A stretch of 64,000 nt of DNA from Haliotis cracherodii (taxonomy: Eukaryota): contig NW_027266343.1 in NCBI RefSeq assembly GCF_022045235.1, positions 56,792,001 to 56,856,000 on the forward strand, read 5' to 3'. Both the position numbers and the translations under genes were made by a program. The notes under the pieces were generated by a model. It worked only from the letters and a program-made list of their open reading frames with translations. It did not search any database and was not told the DNA's origin. Shown here piece after piece: positions 13,926 to 27,975 of this stretch. Within the stretch, counting starts at the first letter, position 1, and the number at the start of each line of letters is the position of its first letter.

Positions 13926-14033
13926 GGGCCCACTTGCACAAAGCGATCTTAGCGCTGAGATGATCGTAACTCCCATACTTTAATATAGACTTACGATAAT
14001 CTTAGCGCTAAGATGGCTTTGTGCAAGTTGGCC
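13926..14033. mobile_element. Short MITE, PIF/Harbinger-like ends
   Basis: GGCCCACTTGCACAAAGCGATCTTAGCGCT / AGCGCTAAGATGGCTTTGTGCAAGTTGGCC inverted ends. Confidence 0.6.
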
Positions 14034-14185
14034 TTGGCACCATAACTGTTTGATAGTGTTACAGAAATACATGCTTATGATGTTGTCAGAATCGTTCAAC
14101 TAACATATTCATATGTTTACGGAAATGGAATTGCCGCCTTTATTGATGCAGGCCTATTGAAGATTGGTTTTGTTATAGTGCAAAC

Positions 14186-17100
14186 CCCATCCTGGTGTGA
14201 ACCCACCATGATCCCACCTCATCCTGGTGTGGACCCACCATGATCCCACCTCATCCTGGTGTGAACCCACCTCATCCTCGTGTAAACCCACCACGATCTC
14301 ACCTCATGCCAGTGTGATTAAACCTCATCCTGGTGTGAACCAACCTTATCCGTATGTGAAACCTCGCAAACCTCATCCTGGTGTGATCCCACCTCATCCT
14401 GGTTTGAACCCACCTCATACTGGTGTGATCCCAGCTCATCCTGGTTTGAACCCACCTCATCCTGGTTTGAACCCACCATAATCTCACCTCATGCAAGTAT
14501 TATTAAACCTCATCCAGGTGTGAACCTACCTCATCCTGGTTTGAACCCACCTCATCCTGGTGTGATCCCACCTCATCCTGGTTTGAACCCACCTCATACT
14601 GGTGTGATCCCAGCTCATCCTGGTTTGAACCCACCATAATCTCACCTCATGCAAGTATGATTAAACCTCATCCAGGTGTGAACCTACCTCATCCTGGTGT
14701 GATCCCACCTCATCCTGGTTTGAACCCACCTCATCCTGGTGTGATCCCACCTCATCCTGGTTTGAACCCACCTCATACTGGTGTGATCCCACCTCATCCT
14801 GGTTTGAACCCACCTCATACTGGTGTGATCCCACCTCATCCTGGTTTGAACCCACCTCATCCTGGTGTGATCCCACCTCATCCTGGTTTGAACCCACCTC
14901 ATCCTGGTTTGAACCCACCATAATCTCACCTCATGCCAGTATGATTAAACCCCATCCCAGTGTGAACCCACCTCATCCCAGTGTGAACCCACCTCATCCC
15001 AATGTGAACCCACCTCATCCCAATGTGAACCCATCTCATCCCATTGTGAACTCAACTCATCCCAATGTGAACCCACCCCATCCCAGTGTGAACCCATCTC
15101 ATCCAAGTGTGAACTCAACTCATCCTGGTGTGAACCCACCTCATCCTGGTTTGAACCCACCTCATCCTGGCGTGATCGGGCATGATCCTGATGTGAACCC
15201 ACCTCAAACCAGTGTGATTCAACCTCATCCCAGTGTGATCCCAGATCATCCCAGTGTGATCCAACTTCATCCCTGTGTGATCCAACCTCATCTCAGTGTG
15301 ATCCAACTTCATCTCAGTGTGATCCAACCTCATCTCAGTGTGATCCAACCTCATCCCAGTGTGATCCAACCTCATCCCAGTGTGATCCAACCTCATCTCA
15401 GTGTGATCCAACCTCAACCCAGTGTGATCCCACCTCATCCCAGTGTGATCCAACCTCATCCCAGTGTGATCCCACCTCATCCCAGTGTGATCCAACCTCA
15501 TCTCAGTGGGATCCAACCTCATCTCTGTGTGATCCCACCACATCCCTGTGTGATCCAACCTCATCCCTGCGTGATCCCACCTCATCCCAGTGTGATAGCA
15601 CCTCATACCAGTGTGATCCGACCTCATCCCTGTGTGATCCAACCTCATCTCTGTCTGATCCCACTTCATCCCAGTGTGATCAAACCTCATCTCAGTGTGA
15701 TCCAACCTCATCCCAGTGTGATCCAACATCATCTCAGTGTGATCCAACCTCATCCCAGTGTGATCCAACATCATCTCTGTGTGATCCAACCTCATCCCAG
15801 TGTGATCCAACATCATCTCAGTGTGATCCAACATCATCCTAGTGTGATCCAATATCATCCCTGTGTGATCCAACCTCATCCCAGTGTGATCCAACCTCAT
15901 CCCAGTGTGATCCAACCTCATCCCAGTGTGATCCCACCTCATCTCAGTGTGATCCAACCTCATCCCAGTGTGATCCAACCTCATCTCAGTGTGATCCAAC
16001 CTCAACCCAGTGTGATCCCACCTCATCCCTGTGTGATCCCACCTCATCCCAGTGTGATCCAACATCATCTCAGTGTGATCCAGCCTCATCCCAGTGTGAT
16101 CCAACATCATCTCTGTGTGATCCAACCTCATCCCAGTGTGATCCAACATCATCTCTGTGTGATCCAACCTCATCCCAGTGTGATCCAACCTCATCCCAGT
16201 GTGATCCAACATCATCTCAGTGTGATCCAACCTCATCACAGTGTGATCCAACCTCATCCCAGTGTGATCCAACCTCATCCCAGTGTGATGCCACCTCATC
16301 CCAGTGTGATCCAACCTCATCCCAGTGTGATCCAACCTCATCCCAGTGTGATGCCACCTCATCCCAGTGTGATGCCACCTCATCCCTGTGTGTTCCAACC
16401 TCATCCCAGTGTGATCCAACCTCATCCCAGTGTGATGCCACCTTATCCCTGTGTGTTCCAACCTCATCCCAGTGTGATCCAACCTCATCCCAGTGTGATC
16501 CCACCTCATCCCTGTGTGATCCCACCTCATCCCTGTGTGATCCAACCTCATCCCAGTGTGATCCAACATCATCTCAGTGTGATCCAACCTCATCCCTGTG
16601 TGATCCAACCTCATCCCAGTGTGATCCCACCTCATCCCAGTGTGATGCCACCTCATCCCTGTGTGATCCAACCTCATCCCAGTGTGATCCCACCTCATCC
16701 CAGTGTGATGCCACCTCATCCCAGTGTGATCCAACCTCATCCCAGTGTGATCCCACCTCATCCCTGTGTGATCCCACCTTATCCCTGTGTTCCGACCTCT
16801 TCTCAGTGTGATCCCACATCATCCCAATGTGATCCAACCTCATCCCTGTGTGATCCCACCTCATCCCTGTGTGATCCCACCTCATCCCTGTGTGATCCCA
16901 CCTCATCCCAGTGTGATCCCACCTCTTCTCAGTGTGATCCAACCTCATCCCTGTGTGATCCAACCTCATCCCTGTGTGATCCAATATCATCCCAGTGTGA
17001 TTCAACCTCATCTCAATGTGATCCAACCTCATCCCTGTGTGATCCCACCTCATCCAAGTGTGATATCCCACATAATCCCAGTGTGATCCAACCTCATCTC

Positions 17101-20100
17101 AGTGTGATCCAACCTCATCCCAGTGTGATGCCACCTCATCCCAGTGTGATGCCACCTTATCCCTGTGTGTTCCAACCTCATCCCAGTGTGATCCAACCTC
17201 ATCCCAGTGTGATGCCACCTCATCCCAGTGTGATCCAACCTCATCCCAGTGTGATGCCACCTCATCCCAGTGTGTTCCAACCTCATCCCAGTGTGATCCA
17301 ACCTGATCCCAGTGTGATGCCACCTCATCCCAGTGTGATGCCACCTCATCCCAGTGTGATCCAACCTCATCCCAGTGTGATCCAACCTCATCCCAGTGTG
17401 ATGCCACCTCATCCCAGTGTGATGCCACCTCATCCCTGTGTGATGCCACCTCATCCCTGTGTGATCCAACCTCATCCCAGTGTGATCCCACCTCATCCCT
17501 GTGTGTTCCAACCTCATCCCAGTGTGATGCCACCTCATCCCAGTGTGATGCCACCTCATCCCTGTGTGATGCCACCTCATCCCTGTGTGATCCAACCTCA
17601 TCCCAGTGTGATCCAACCTCATCCCAGTGTGATCCAACCTCATCCCAGTGTGATCCCACCTCATCCCTGTGTGATGCCACCTCATCCCTGTGTGTTCCAA
17701 CCTCATCCCAGTGTGATCCCACCTCATCCCTGTGTGATGCCACCTCATCCCTGTGTGTTCCAACCTCATCCCAGTGTGATCCCACCTCATCCCAGTGTGA
17801 TGCCACCTCATCCCTGTGTGTTCCAACCTCATCCCAGTGTGATCCAACCTCATCCCAGTGTGATGCCACCTCATCCCAGTGTGATGCCACCTTATCCCTG
17901 TGTGTTCCAACCTCATCCCAGTGTGATCCAACCTCATCCCAGTGTGATGCCACCTCATCCCAGTGTGATCCAACCTCATCCCAGTGTGATGCCACCTCAT
18001 CCCTGTGTGTTCCAACCTCATCTCAGTGTGATCCAACCTCATCCCTGTGTGATCCAACCTCATCCCAGTGTGATCCCACCTCATCCCTGTGTGATGCCAC
18101 CTCATCCCTGTGTGATCCAACCTCATCCCAGTGTGATCCCACCTCATCCCTGTGTGATGCCACCTCATCCCTGTGTGATGCCACCTCATCCCTGTGTGTT
18201 CCAACCTCATCCCAGTGTGATCCAACCTCATCCCAGTGTGATCCCACCTCATCCCTGTGTGATGCCACCTCATCCCTGTGTGATCCAACCTCATCCCAGT
18301 GTGATCCCACCTCATCCCAGTGTGATCCAACCTCATCCCAGTGTGATGCCACCTCATCCCTGTGTGATCCAACCTCATCCCAGTGTGATCCAACCTCATC
18401 CCAGTGTGATCCAACCTCATCCCAGTGTGATCCAACCTCATCTCAGTGTGATCCAACCTCAACCCAGTGTGATCCCACCTCATCCCAGTGTGATCCAACC
18501 TCATCCCAGTGTGATCCCACCTCATCCCAGTGTGATCCAACCTCATCTCAGTGGGATCCAACCTCATCTCTGTGTGATCCCACCACATCCCTGTGTGATC
18601 CAACCTCATCCCTGCGTGATCCCACCTCATCCCAGTGTGATAGCACCTCATACCAGTGTGATCCGACCTCATCCCTGTGTGATCCAACCTCATCTCTGTC
18701 TGATCCCACTTCATCCCAGTGTGATCAAACCTCATCTCAGTGTGATCCAACCTCATCCCAGTGTGATCCAACATCATCTCAGTGTGATCCAACCTCATCC
18801 CAGTGTGATCCAACATCATCTCTGTGTGATCCAACCTCATCCCAGTGTGATCCAACATCATCTCAGTGTGATCCAACATCATCCTAGTGTGATCCAATAT
18901 CATCCCTGTGTGATCCAACCTCATCCCAGTGTGATCCAACCTCATCCCAGTGTGATCCAACCTCATCCCAGTGTGATCCCACCTCATCTCAGTGTGATCC
19001 AACCTCATCCCAGTGTGATCCAACCTCATCTCAGTGTGATCCAACCTCAACCCAGTGTGATCCCACCTCATCCCTGTGTGATCCCACCTCATCCCAGTGT
19101 GATCCAACATCATCTCAGTGTGATCCAACCTCATCCCAGTGTGATCCAACATCATCTCTGTGTGATCCAACCTCATCCCAGTGTGATCCAACATCATCTC
19201 TGTGTGATCCAACCTCATCCAAGTGTGATCCAACCTCATCCCAGTGTGATCCAACATCATCTCAGTGTGATCCAACCTCATCACAGTGTGATCCAACCTC
19301 ATCCCAGTGTGATCCAACCTCATCCCAGTGTGATGCCACCTCATCCCAGTGTGATCCAACCTCATCTCAGTGTGATCCAACCTCATCCCAGTGTGATGCC
19401 ACCTCATCCCAGTGTGATGCCACCTTATCCCTGTGTGTTCCAACCTCATCCCAGTGTGATCCAACCTCATCCCAGTGTGATGCCACCTTATCCCTGTGTG
19501 TTCCAACCTCATCCCAGTGTGATCCAACCTCATCCCAGTGTGATCCCACCTCATCCCTGTGTGATCCCACCTCATCCCTGTGTGATCCAACCTCATCCCA
19601 GTGTGATCCAACATCATCTCAGTGTGATCCAACCTCATCCCTGTGTGATCCAACCTCATCCCAGTGTGATCCCACCTCATCCCAGTGTGATGCCACCTCA
19701 TCCCTGTGTGATCCAACCTCATCCCAGTGTGATCCCACCTCATCCCAGTGTGATGCCACCTCATCCCAGTGTGATCCAACCTCATCCCTGTGTGATCCCA
19801 CCTTATCCCTGTGTTCCGACCTCTTCTCAGTGTGATCCCACATCATCCCAATGTGATCCAACCTCATCCCTGTGTGATCCCACCTCATCCCTGTGTGATC
19901 CCACCTCATCCCTGTGTGATCCCACCTCATCCCAGTGTGATCCCACCTCTTCTCAGTGTGATCCAACCTCATCCCTGTGTGATCCAACCTCATCCCTGTG
20001 TGATCCAATATCATCCCAGTGTGATTCAACCTCATCTCAATGTGATCCAACCTCATCCCTGTGTGATCCCACCTCATCCAAGTGTGATATCCCACATAAT

Positions 20101-23100
20101 CCCAGTGTGATCCAACCTCATCTCAGTGTGATCCAACCTCATCCCAGTGTGATGCCACCTCATCCCAGTGTGATGCCACCTTATCCCTGTGTGTTCCAAC
20201 CTCATCCCAGTGTGATCCAACCTCATCCCAGTGTGATGCCACCTCATCCCAGTGTGATCCAACCTCATCCCAGTGTGATGCCACCTCATCCCAGTGTGTT
20301 CCAACCTCATCCCAGTGTGATCCAACCTGATCCCAGTGTGATGCCACCTCATCCCAGTGTGATGCCACCTCATCCCAGTGTGATCCAACCTCATCCCAGT
20401 GTGATCCAACCTCATCCCAGTGTGATCCAACCTCATCCCAGTGTGATGCCACCTCATCCCTGTGTGATGCCACCTCATCCCTGTGTGATCCAACCTCATC
20501 CCAGTGTGATCCCACCTCATCCCTGTGTGTTCCAACCTCATCCCAGTGTGATGCCACCTCATCCCAGTGTGATGCCACCTCATCCCTGTGTGATGCCACC
20601 TCATCCCTGTGTGATCCAACCTCATCCCAGTGTGATCCAACCTCATCCCAGTGTGATCCAACCTCATCCCAGTGTGATCCCACCTCATCCCTGTGTGATG
20701 CCACCTCATCCCTGTGTGTTCCAACCTCATCCCAGTGTGATCCAACCTCATCCCTGTGTGATGCCACCTCATCCCTGTGTGTTCCAACCTCATCCCAGTG
20801 TGATCCCACCTCATCCCAGTGTGATGCCACCTCATCCCTGTGTGTTCCAACCTCATCCCAGTGTGATCCAACCTCATCCCAGTGTGATGCCACCTCATCC
20901 CAGTGTGATGCCACCTTATCCCTGTGTGTTCCAACCTCATCCCAGTGTGATCCAACCTCATCCCAGTGTGATGCCACCTCATCCCAGTGTGATCCAACCT
21001 CATCCCAGTGTGATGCCACCTCATCCCTGTGTGTTCCAACCTCATCTCAGTGTGATCCAACCTCATCCCTGTGTGATCCAACCTCATCCCAGTGTGATCC
21101 CACCTCATCCCTGTGTGATGCCACCTCATCCCTGTGTGATCCAACCTCATCCCAGTGTGATCCCACCTCATCCCTGTGTGATGCCACCTCATCCCTGTGT
21201 GATGCCACCTCATCCCTGTGTGTTCCAACCTCATCCCAGTGTGATCCAACCTCATCCCAGTGTGATCCCACCTCATCCCTGTGTGATGCCACCTCATCCC
21301 TGTGTGATCCAACCTCATCCCAGTGTGATCCCACCTCATCCCAGTGTGATCCAACCTCATCCCAGTGTGATGCCACCTCATCCCTGTGTGATCCAACCTC
21401 ATCCCAGTGTGATGCCACCTCATCCCAGTGTGATCCAACCTCATCCCAGTGTGATGCCACCTCATCCCTGTGTGATCCAACCTCATCCCAGTGTGATCCC
21501 ACCTCATCCCAGTGTGATCCAACCTCATCCCAGTGTGATCCCACCTCATCCCTGTGTGATGCCACCTCATCCCTGTGTGATCCAACCTCATCCCAGTGTG
21601 ATCCCACCTCATCCCAGTGTGATCCAACCTCATCCCAGTGTGATCCAACATCATCTCAGTGTGATCCAACCTCATCCCAGTGTGATCCCACCTCATCCCT
21701 GTGTGTTCCAACCTCATCCCAGTGTGATCCAACCTCATCCCAGTGTGATGCCACCTCATCCCAGTGTGATCCAACCTCATCCCAGTGTGATCCAACCTCA
21801 TCCCAGTGTGATGCCACCTCATCCCAGTGTGATGCCACCTTATCCCTGTGTGTTCCAACCTCATCCCAGTGTGATCCCACCTCATCCCTGTGTGTTCCAA
21901 CCTCATCCCAGTGTGATCCAACCTCATCCCAGTGTGATGCCACCTCATCCCAGTGTGATCCAACCTCATCCCAGTGTGATCCAACCTCATCCCAGTGTGA
22001 TGCCACCTCATCCCAGTGTGATCCCACCTCATCCCTGTGTGATCCAACCTCATCCCAGTGTGATCCAACCTCATCCCAGTGTGATCCAACCTCATCCCAG
22101 TGTGATCCCACCTCATCCCTGTGTGATCCAACCTCATCCCAGTGTGATCCCACCTCATCCCTGTGTGTTCCAACCTCATCCCAGTGTGATCCAACCTCAT
22201 CCCAGTGTGATGCCACCTCATCCCAGTGTGATCCAACCTCATCCCAGTGTGATCCCACCTCATCCCTGTGTGTTCCAACCTCATCCCAGTGTGATCCCAC
22301 CTCATCCCAGTGTGATCCCACCTCATCCCAGTGTGATGCCACCTTATCCCTGTGTGATCCAACCTCATCCCAGTGTGATCCCACCTCATCCCTGTGTGAT
22401 CCCACCTCATCCCAGTGTGATCCCACCTCATCCCAGTGTGATGCCACCTTATCCCTGTGTGATCCAACCTCATCCCAGTGTGATCCAACCTCATCCCAGT
22501 GTGATCCAACCTCATCCCAGTGTGATGCCACCTCATCCCAGTGTGTTCCAACCTCATCCCAGTGTGATGCCACCTTATCCCTGTGTGTTCCAACCTCATC
22601 CCAGTGTGATCCAACCTCATCCCAGTGTGATGCCACCTCATCCCAGTGTGATCCAACCTCATCCCAGTGTGATGCCACCTCATCCCTGTGTGATCCAACC
22701 TCATCCCAGTGTGATCCCACCTCATCCCAGTGTGATGCCACCTCATCCCAGTGTGATCCAACCTCATCCCAGTGTGATCCCACCTCATCCCTGTGTGATC
22801 CCACCTTATCCCTGTGTTCCGACCTCTTCTCAGTGTGATCCCACATCATCCCAATGTGATCCAACCTCATCCCAGTGTGATGCCACCTCATCCCTGTGTG
22901 ATCCAACCTCATCCCAGTGTGATCCCACCTCATCCCAGTGTGATGCCACCTCATCCCAGTGTGATCCAACCTCATCCCAGTGTGATCCCACCTCATCCCT
23001 GTGTGATCCCACCTTATCCCTGTGTTCCGACCTCTTCTCAGTGTGATCCCACCTCATCCCAGTGTGATGCCACCTCATCCCTGTGTGATCTTACCTCATC

Positions 23101-23795
23101 CCAGTGTGATCCCACCTCATCCCTGTGTGATCCCACCTTATCCCTGTGTTCCGACCTCTTCTCAGTGTGATCCCACATCATCCCAATGTGATCCAACCTC
23201 ATCCCTGTGTGATCCCACCTCATCCCTGTGTGATCTTACCTCATCCCTGTGTGATCCCACCTCATCCCTGTGTGATCCCACCTCATCCCAGTGTGATCCC
23301 ACCTCTTCTCAGTGTGATCCAACCTCATCCCTGTGTGATCCAACCTCATCCCTGTGTGATCCAATATCATCCCAGTGTGATTCAACCTCATCTCAATGTG
23401 ATCCAACCTCATCCCTGTGTGATCCCACCTCATCCAAGTGTGATATCCCACATAATCCCAGTGTGATCCAACCTCATCTCAGTGTGATCCAACCTCATCC
23501 CAGTGTGATCCAACCTCATCCCAGCGTGATCCAACCCCATCCCAGTGTCATTCAACCTCATCCCAGTGTGATCGAACCTCATTTCAGTGTGATCCAACCT
23601 CATCTCAGTGTGATTCAACCTCATCCCAGTGTGATCCAACCTCATCTCTGTGTGATCCAACCTCATCCCAGTGTGATTCAACCTCATCCCAGTGTGATCC
23701 AACCTCATCCCAGTGTGATCCAACCTCATCCCAGTGTGATTCAACCTCATCCCAGTGTGATCCAACCTCATTTCAGTTTGATCCCACATCATACC
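14186..23795. repeat. 21-bp minisatellite array (consensus CCTCATCCCAGTGTGATCCAA), about 9.6 kb, roughly 450 units, with a 3024-bp higher-order duplication
   Basis: Direct periodicity; identical variant blocks recur 3024 bp apart (e.g. 16787/19811, 17099/20123). Confidence 0.97.
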
Positions 23796-24252
23796 ATCTA
23801 AATACATTCCCCCAGCATGAAATGATGTTACAACTCGTTTACAACACTCGATTTATTAATAATTTTGTGCATCAGTTCTCTACATAACATCTTGATACTG
23901 ACCAGACTAGATAAATTCACTGCTCACCAAAAATGAGATTACAATATATAGATGGGATATTCTCTCTTCGTGACCAACTCGTCCCATTTTGGGACAAGCC
24001 TTGTATGTTACTGAAACATGCGAATGATGACAATGATATTCTCTGTGTAGAAGTTTGGAACAAATAATTTCCACACTTAAAAATACACAAACAACAAAGT
24101 AATCGTATTAAACCAATTATTTCCACTGGTACGTTAATGCTGGTAATAATCGTGTCTTGCAAAGGAAACAATCAATTAAGAACAGCTGCACAGTGATAAT
24201 TTCTTCCCAACAGAAAATCTGCCCATCCTGAGATGAGGTGTCATATGTGTTA

Positions 24253-24544
24253 GTGAGTGAGTGAGTGAGTGAGTGAGTTGGGTTTAACACCGCTTTCAAC
24301 AGTATTCCAGTTATATTGCGGCGTGTCACCTTAATGTGGGAGGAAAGCCCGAAGTGATGCAGGTCTCAGATGTTTACCACTTCAGTGAAACCCATGAGCA
24401 CGGGTATGGTGCTGACAAACCTAGAAACATAATCAGGGCAAACCAGGATTCGAACAAACAATCATAGGTTTCTGGCGTGCCCAAGGGACGCAACTCTGCA
24501 CAGCGAATGGCGGCACCTTAGACGACTGGGTCACCCGTGCCGCC
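24253..24544 (-). mobile_element. tRNA-derived SINE family C
   Basis: (GAGT)n tail; A-box-like GGTGACCCAGTCGTCTAAGG and B-box-like GTTCGAATCC on minus strand; related copies at 37028-37278, 56478-56680 and 56868-57620. Confidence 0.75.
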
Positions 24545-24779
24545 TACAGATGTTAACATGGGAGGATAACAATCCTTTCTCGAAACTCCCAGTACCTCAG
24601 CAAGCTGATTAGGGGTGGAGAGGTGTAAGGGTTCACAAAAAATTCAGTGCATTGCAACACCATGTCCGCAAAATGAATATCGTATCGTAGGTTGTGTATT
24701 GCTACAATATACAATATATACATAAAGAGGTGTGTAAAGTAGCACACCCATAAAGAAACTCACAAAATAATCTCACAAC

Positions 24780-24952
24780 ACAAACTGCTCTCTTACGTGT
24801 TTCAATTTTATCTTCAGGGAGAAGTGATAACCATTTTATCTTTGAGAAAAGTGATTACCGTTTTATCTTAGTAATGACTTCTCCCTAAAGACAAAGTGGT
24901 AATCACTTCTCCCTGAAGATAAAACTGAAACATATAGGAGACAATTTGTGAT
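24780..24952. mobile_element. Palindromic MITE
   Basis: TGTTTCAATTTTATCTTCAGGGAGAAGTGAT / ATCACTTCTCCCTGAAGATAAAACTGAAACA inverted arms. Confidence 0.65.
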
Positions 24953-24998
24953 TACAAACATATATATACTGGGTGATATGTAACAATAAAAATAACAT

Positions 24999-25410
24999 TA
25001 GGGATGTCACGATACAGCTGTCATATGTTTTTTCGATACGGCATATACAACATTTTGCGCCGAAAACACAGCCATTAGACTGAGAATTTTGTCTAGAGAT
25101 TCACTCATAAAGATAAAGGTCAACAGACAACTGACTGATGACACTGAAAGAAAATAATAAGAAATATACAATCAAATTTATGTATATGAAAGGCATCATT
25201 GAAAAAGATGGTCAGTCTTGTTATCGGGTCGGTTTCATGTCTGAAAGACGACCAAGAAAGTTATGAGGAGTATAAAAATAAATTGTATTTGTTATTGATA
25301 GCGAAGCGATAACAACATGGACAATCGATTTGGGGTTAAATGTGAATCAATGCCAAATTATATGTGTTCCTGATGAAGCACTGGTGTACTGGTGAATCGC
25401 GACATCACTA
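24999..25410. mobile_element. hAT-like MITE
   Basis: TIR TAGGGATGTCACGAT / ATCGCGACATCACTA. Confidence 0.55.
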
Positions 25411-25862
25411 CTATTCATTTCCCTGATGCATATGTTCCCATAACATGTTAAATGTCAAATTTCCATGTGTCACATGAGATATCACCGTTATATCAGTAAA
25501 TTGAAGTTCATTCATTCCAGAATACGTATCACAATATCACTTTTTCATGCTCGATATACTGGGTGATTTCAAATTGGGTTTTTCAACATGTGTTTAATGT
25601 TATAAACTTGCCAAATGCCTTCGATGCCCAGGAGCGAGCATCTATTGGAGCGAGCATTTATTGAATGAGTAAATATTATGTTGTACAATTATCTTATTTT
25701 GTTCAATTTATAAACTTCAGTTTGTGCCTTAATGTATCAGATTGCTTCTGAATTAAACATTTTGAATTATACAAAATATTGTGATACGTACCGCAATACA
25801 GCCTTGGGCATTGTAAAATATTGTGATACTCTTTAAACCTCCGATACCCATCCCTAAGAAGT

Positions 25863-26162
25863 GAGGTGAGGTGAGGTGAAATGGGGTTTAACGTCGCGTC
25901 CAAGATTATTGCACTTATATAGCGATGTGCATGCACGTGTATGTATGTGTGTGGCTGCTTGTACTAGACCGGACTGATGCCGATTTATAGTGCTAGCTCA
26001 CTGAGATACCATGCCGCAGTTTAACATGAATACCCCACTCAGACACAGTATACTGACTCCGAGCCGACCAGTCCTTGTTTTAGCCGTTGGTATGACGCGG
26101 TCGGGGATCGAACCTTCCGCTCTCCTGTCGGACGCTCTACCATTAGACCACGGAGGCGGTCC
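25863..26162 (-). mobile_element. tRNA-derived SINE with Meta-like central domain
   Basis: A box TGGTCTAATGG and B box GGTTCGATCCC on minus strand; core GGACTGGTCGGCTCGGAGTCAG..GAGTGGGG..AGCACTATAAA resembles the MetaSINE core; 11-bp TSD CCCTAAGAAGT. Confidence 0.8.
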
Positions 26163-26425
26163 CCCTAAGAAGTATTTCCTAGGAGACCAATTGCTATATC
26201 TCCCGTGGAAGCCTGTGGTAAACAGGTAAAGGGCATGGACCGCACAATGCTTCACAGTGGAATACAAGTATATGTACTTCATGTTTGTTCACAGTGAAGA
26301 ATGAGTGATACATTGTACAAACACATCCCAGTTGAACTAAAAGCTTATTTAATCGACGCTGACAAACGAAATAGGTATAAGTACACCGGTCTCAAACTGA
26401 TTGTTGAATACTTGAGGAACAAATA

Positions 26426-26600
26426 CAGTAAACTATGGTTATAACAAACACGCTTAAAACGAACTGACGGATATAACGAACTGACTTTTTGGTCCCGACT
26501 ATTTGCTGTAGTTGTGCTGTTTATATGCTTATAACGAATTACGGTTATAACGAACTAAAATTAGTAGTCCCTTTCAGTTCGTTATAACCGTAGTTTACTG
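26426..26600. mobile_element. Tc1/mariner (Tigger/pogo-like) MITE
   Basis: TA|CAGTAAACTATGGTTATAAC...GTTATAACCGTAGTTTACTG|TA. Confidence 0.85.
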
Positions 26601-26703
26601 TAACTCAATAAGACTTAAAAGAATTACAGTTGTTCTTTGGATTTTACAGATCTGCTGACCTTGGAAATTGAAAACTGGAGAACAAAATAATCTCAGTACT
26701 GGA

Positions 26704-26869
26704 GTGAGTGAGTGAGTGAGTTTGGTTTTACGCCGCTTTTAGCAATATTCCAGCAATATCACGGCGGGGGACACCAGAAATGGGCTTCACACATTGTACC
26801 CATGTCTGGAATCGAACCCGGGTCTTCAGCATGACGAGCGAACGCTTTAACCACTAGGCCACCCGCCCC
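26704..26869 (-). mobile_element. tRNA-derived SINE family B, full length
   Basis: A box GGTGGCCTAGTGGTTAAAG, B box GGTTCGATTCC, (ACTC)n tail, 12-bp TSD CTCAGT(A/C)CTGGA. Confidence 0.88.
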
Positions 26870-27143
26870 CTCAGTCCTGGAAGGGGGGAATAATGTTGCC
26901 AAGAATAAAAATCATTATGGTGCAAAAATAATCTCAAAATATTTGGCATTGATTGAAATACAGAAATTAAAAGCTCTGGGGACAAATTCTAGTTTCCCAG
27001 AATTATGACAGGACCAAAACCACTGACACGAGACTAATATGTATTTTGTGCTGCTAATTCAATTAAATCTCAAATGGAGAGTTATTTATCCTTTCAAGTG
27101 GTAATGAGTATCATTGTTCTATGACAATTTAACAGTACAACTT

Positions 27144-27706
27144 TCAGAATGATGTTGGACTGAACACATTGACATCCTTATTTTGCACATCCATTTTCTT
27201 TTTGCCACCAAATAACCACTGATTGAATTCCGATGTCATTGAAACTCTGGACAAATTCGCTTCATTATACTCATGTTCAGTTGTTAATGTCACAGATTTT
27301 TTTCCCATCTGATCAGACATTTTCTCTGCAGATGTCCTGGTCATTGTACCACTGTTGTTGGGCTCGACAACGGAGTTATCTCCCTTCAGCTGCAGTGCAC
27401 TTGCTACTGACTGGAACAGCGAGGATTCAGAGCCTCTGCGAAACATTCTTGCGTTTGGCAGAGACAGGTATCTGTTCACCTCAGCTTGATGAGCTTTTTG
27501 AAATAGCTGGACAGTTTCTACAGACGAGGGGTGTACTTCAATGCTCCCATGAGGGGAACTCCCATCAATACCAACTCTCTTGGAATCAGTCGATGTTGCA
27601 AGCTGTTGCTTCAGTCTCTCGCCGCTGATCTTGCAGGGATTTCTCAGGATTATTTTTGGTGCACCACATTCTGTCGACTGCAGCTGATACGATTGTTGGC
27701 CAACAT
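27144..27706 (-). CDS. KIAA1191: KIAA1191 / p33MONOX-like protein, last coding exon
   Basis: Acceptor ttttgtttctgaag at 27707; open frame to stop; C-terminus KDVNVFSPTSF resembles vertebrate KIAA1191 RDLNVLTPTGF; also SVETVQLF, SVASALQLK and QWLFG blocks; position next to ARL10. Confidence 0.72.
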
Positions 27707-27779
27707 CTTCAGAAACAAAAGAAAAACAATAAGATAGTTATCATATAACCATAGCAATAGTTAGCGCAATTTGACATAA

Positions 27780-27975
27780 NNNNNNNNNNNNNNNNNNNNN
27801 NNNNNNNNNNNNNNNNNNNNNNNNNNNNNNNNNNNNNNNNNNNNNNNNNNNNNNNNNNNNNNNNNNNNNNNNNNNNNNNNNNNNNNNNNNNNNNNNNNNN
27901 NNNNNNNNNNNNNNNNNNNNNNNNNNNNNNNNNNNNNNNNNNNNNNNNNNNNNNNNNNNNNNNNNNNNNNNNNNN
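27780..27975. other. Assembly gap (196 N)
   Basis: Run of N inside the KIAA1191-like intron. Confidence 1.

Noticed and set aside
14941-23046. 2701-aa Pro/His-rich ORF and overlapping long antisense ORFs as real genes
   Set aside because: A 21-bp unit with a stop in only one plus-strand frame gives long ORFs automatically; no signal peptide or unique domain, and ORFs are open on both strands.
26704-26869. tRNA gene
   Set aside because: A and B boxes are present but followed by a SINE body, tandem tail and TSD; same for 25863-26162.
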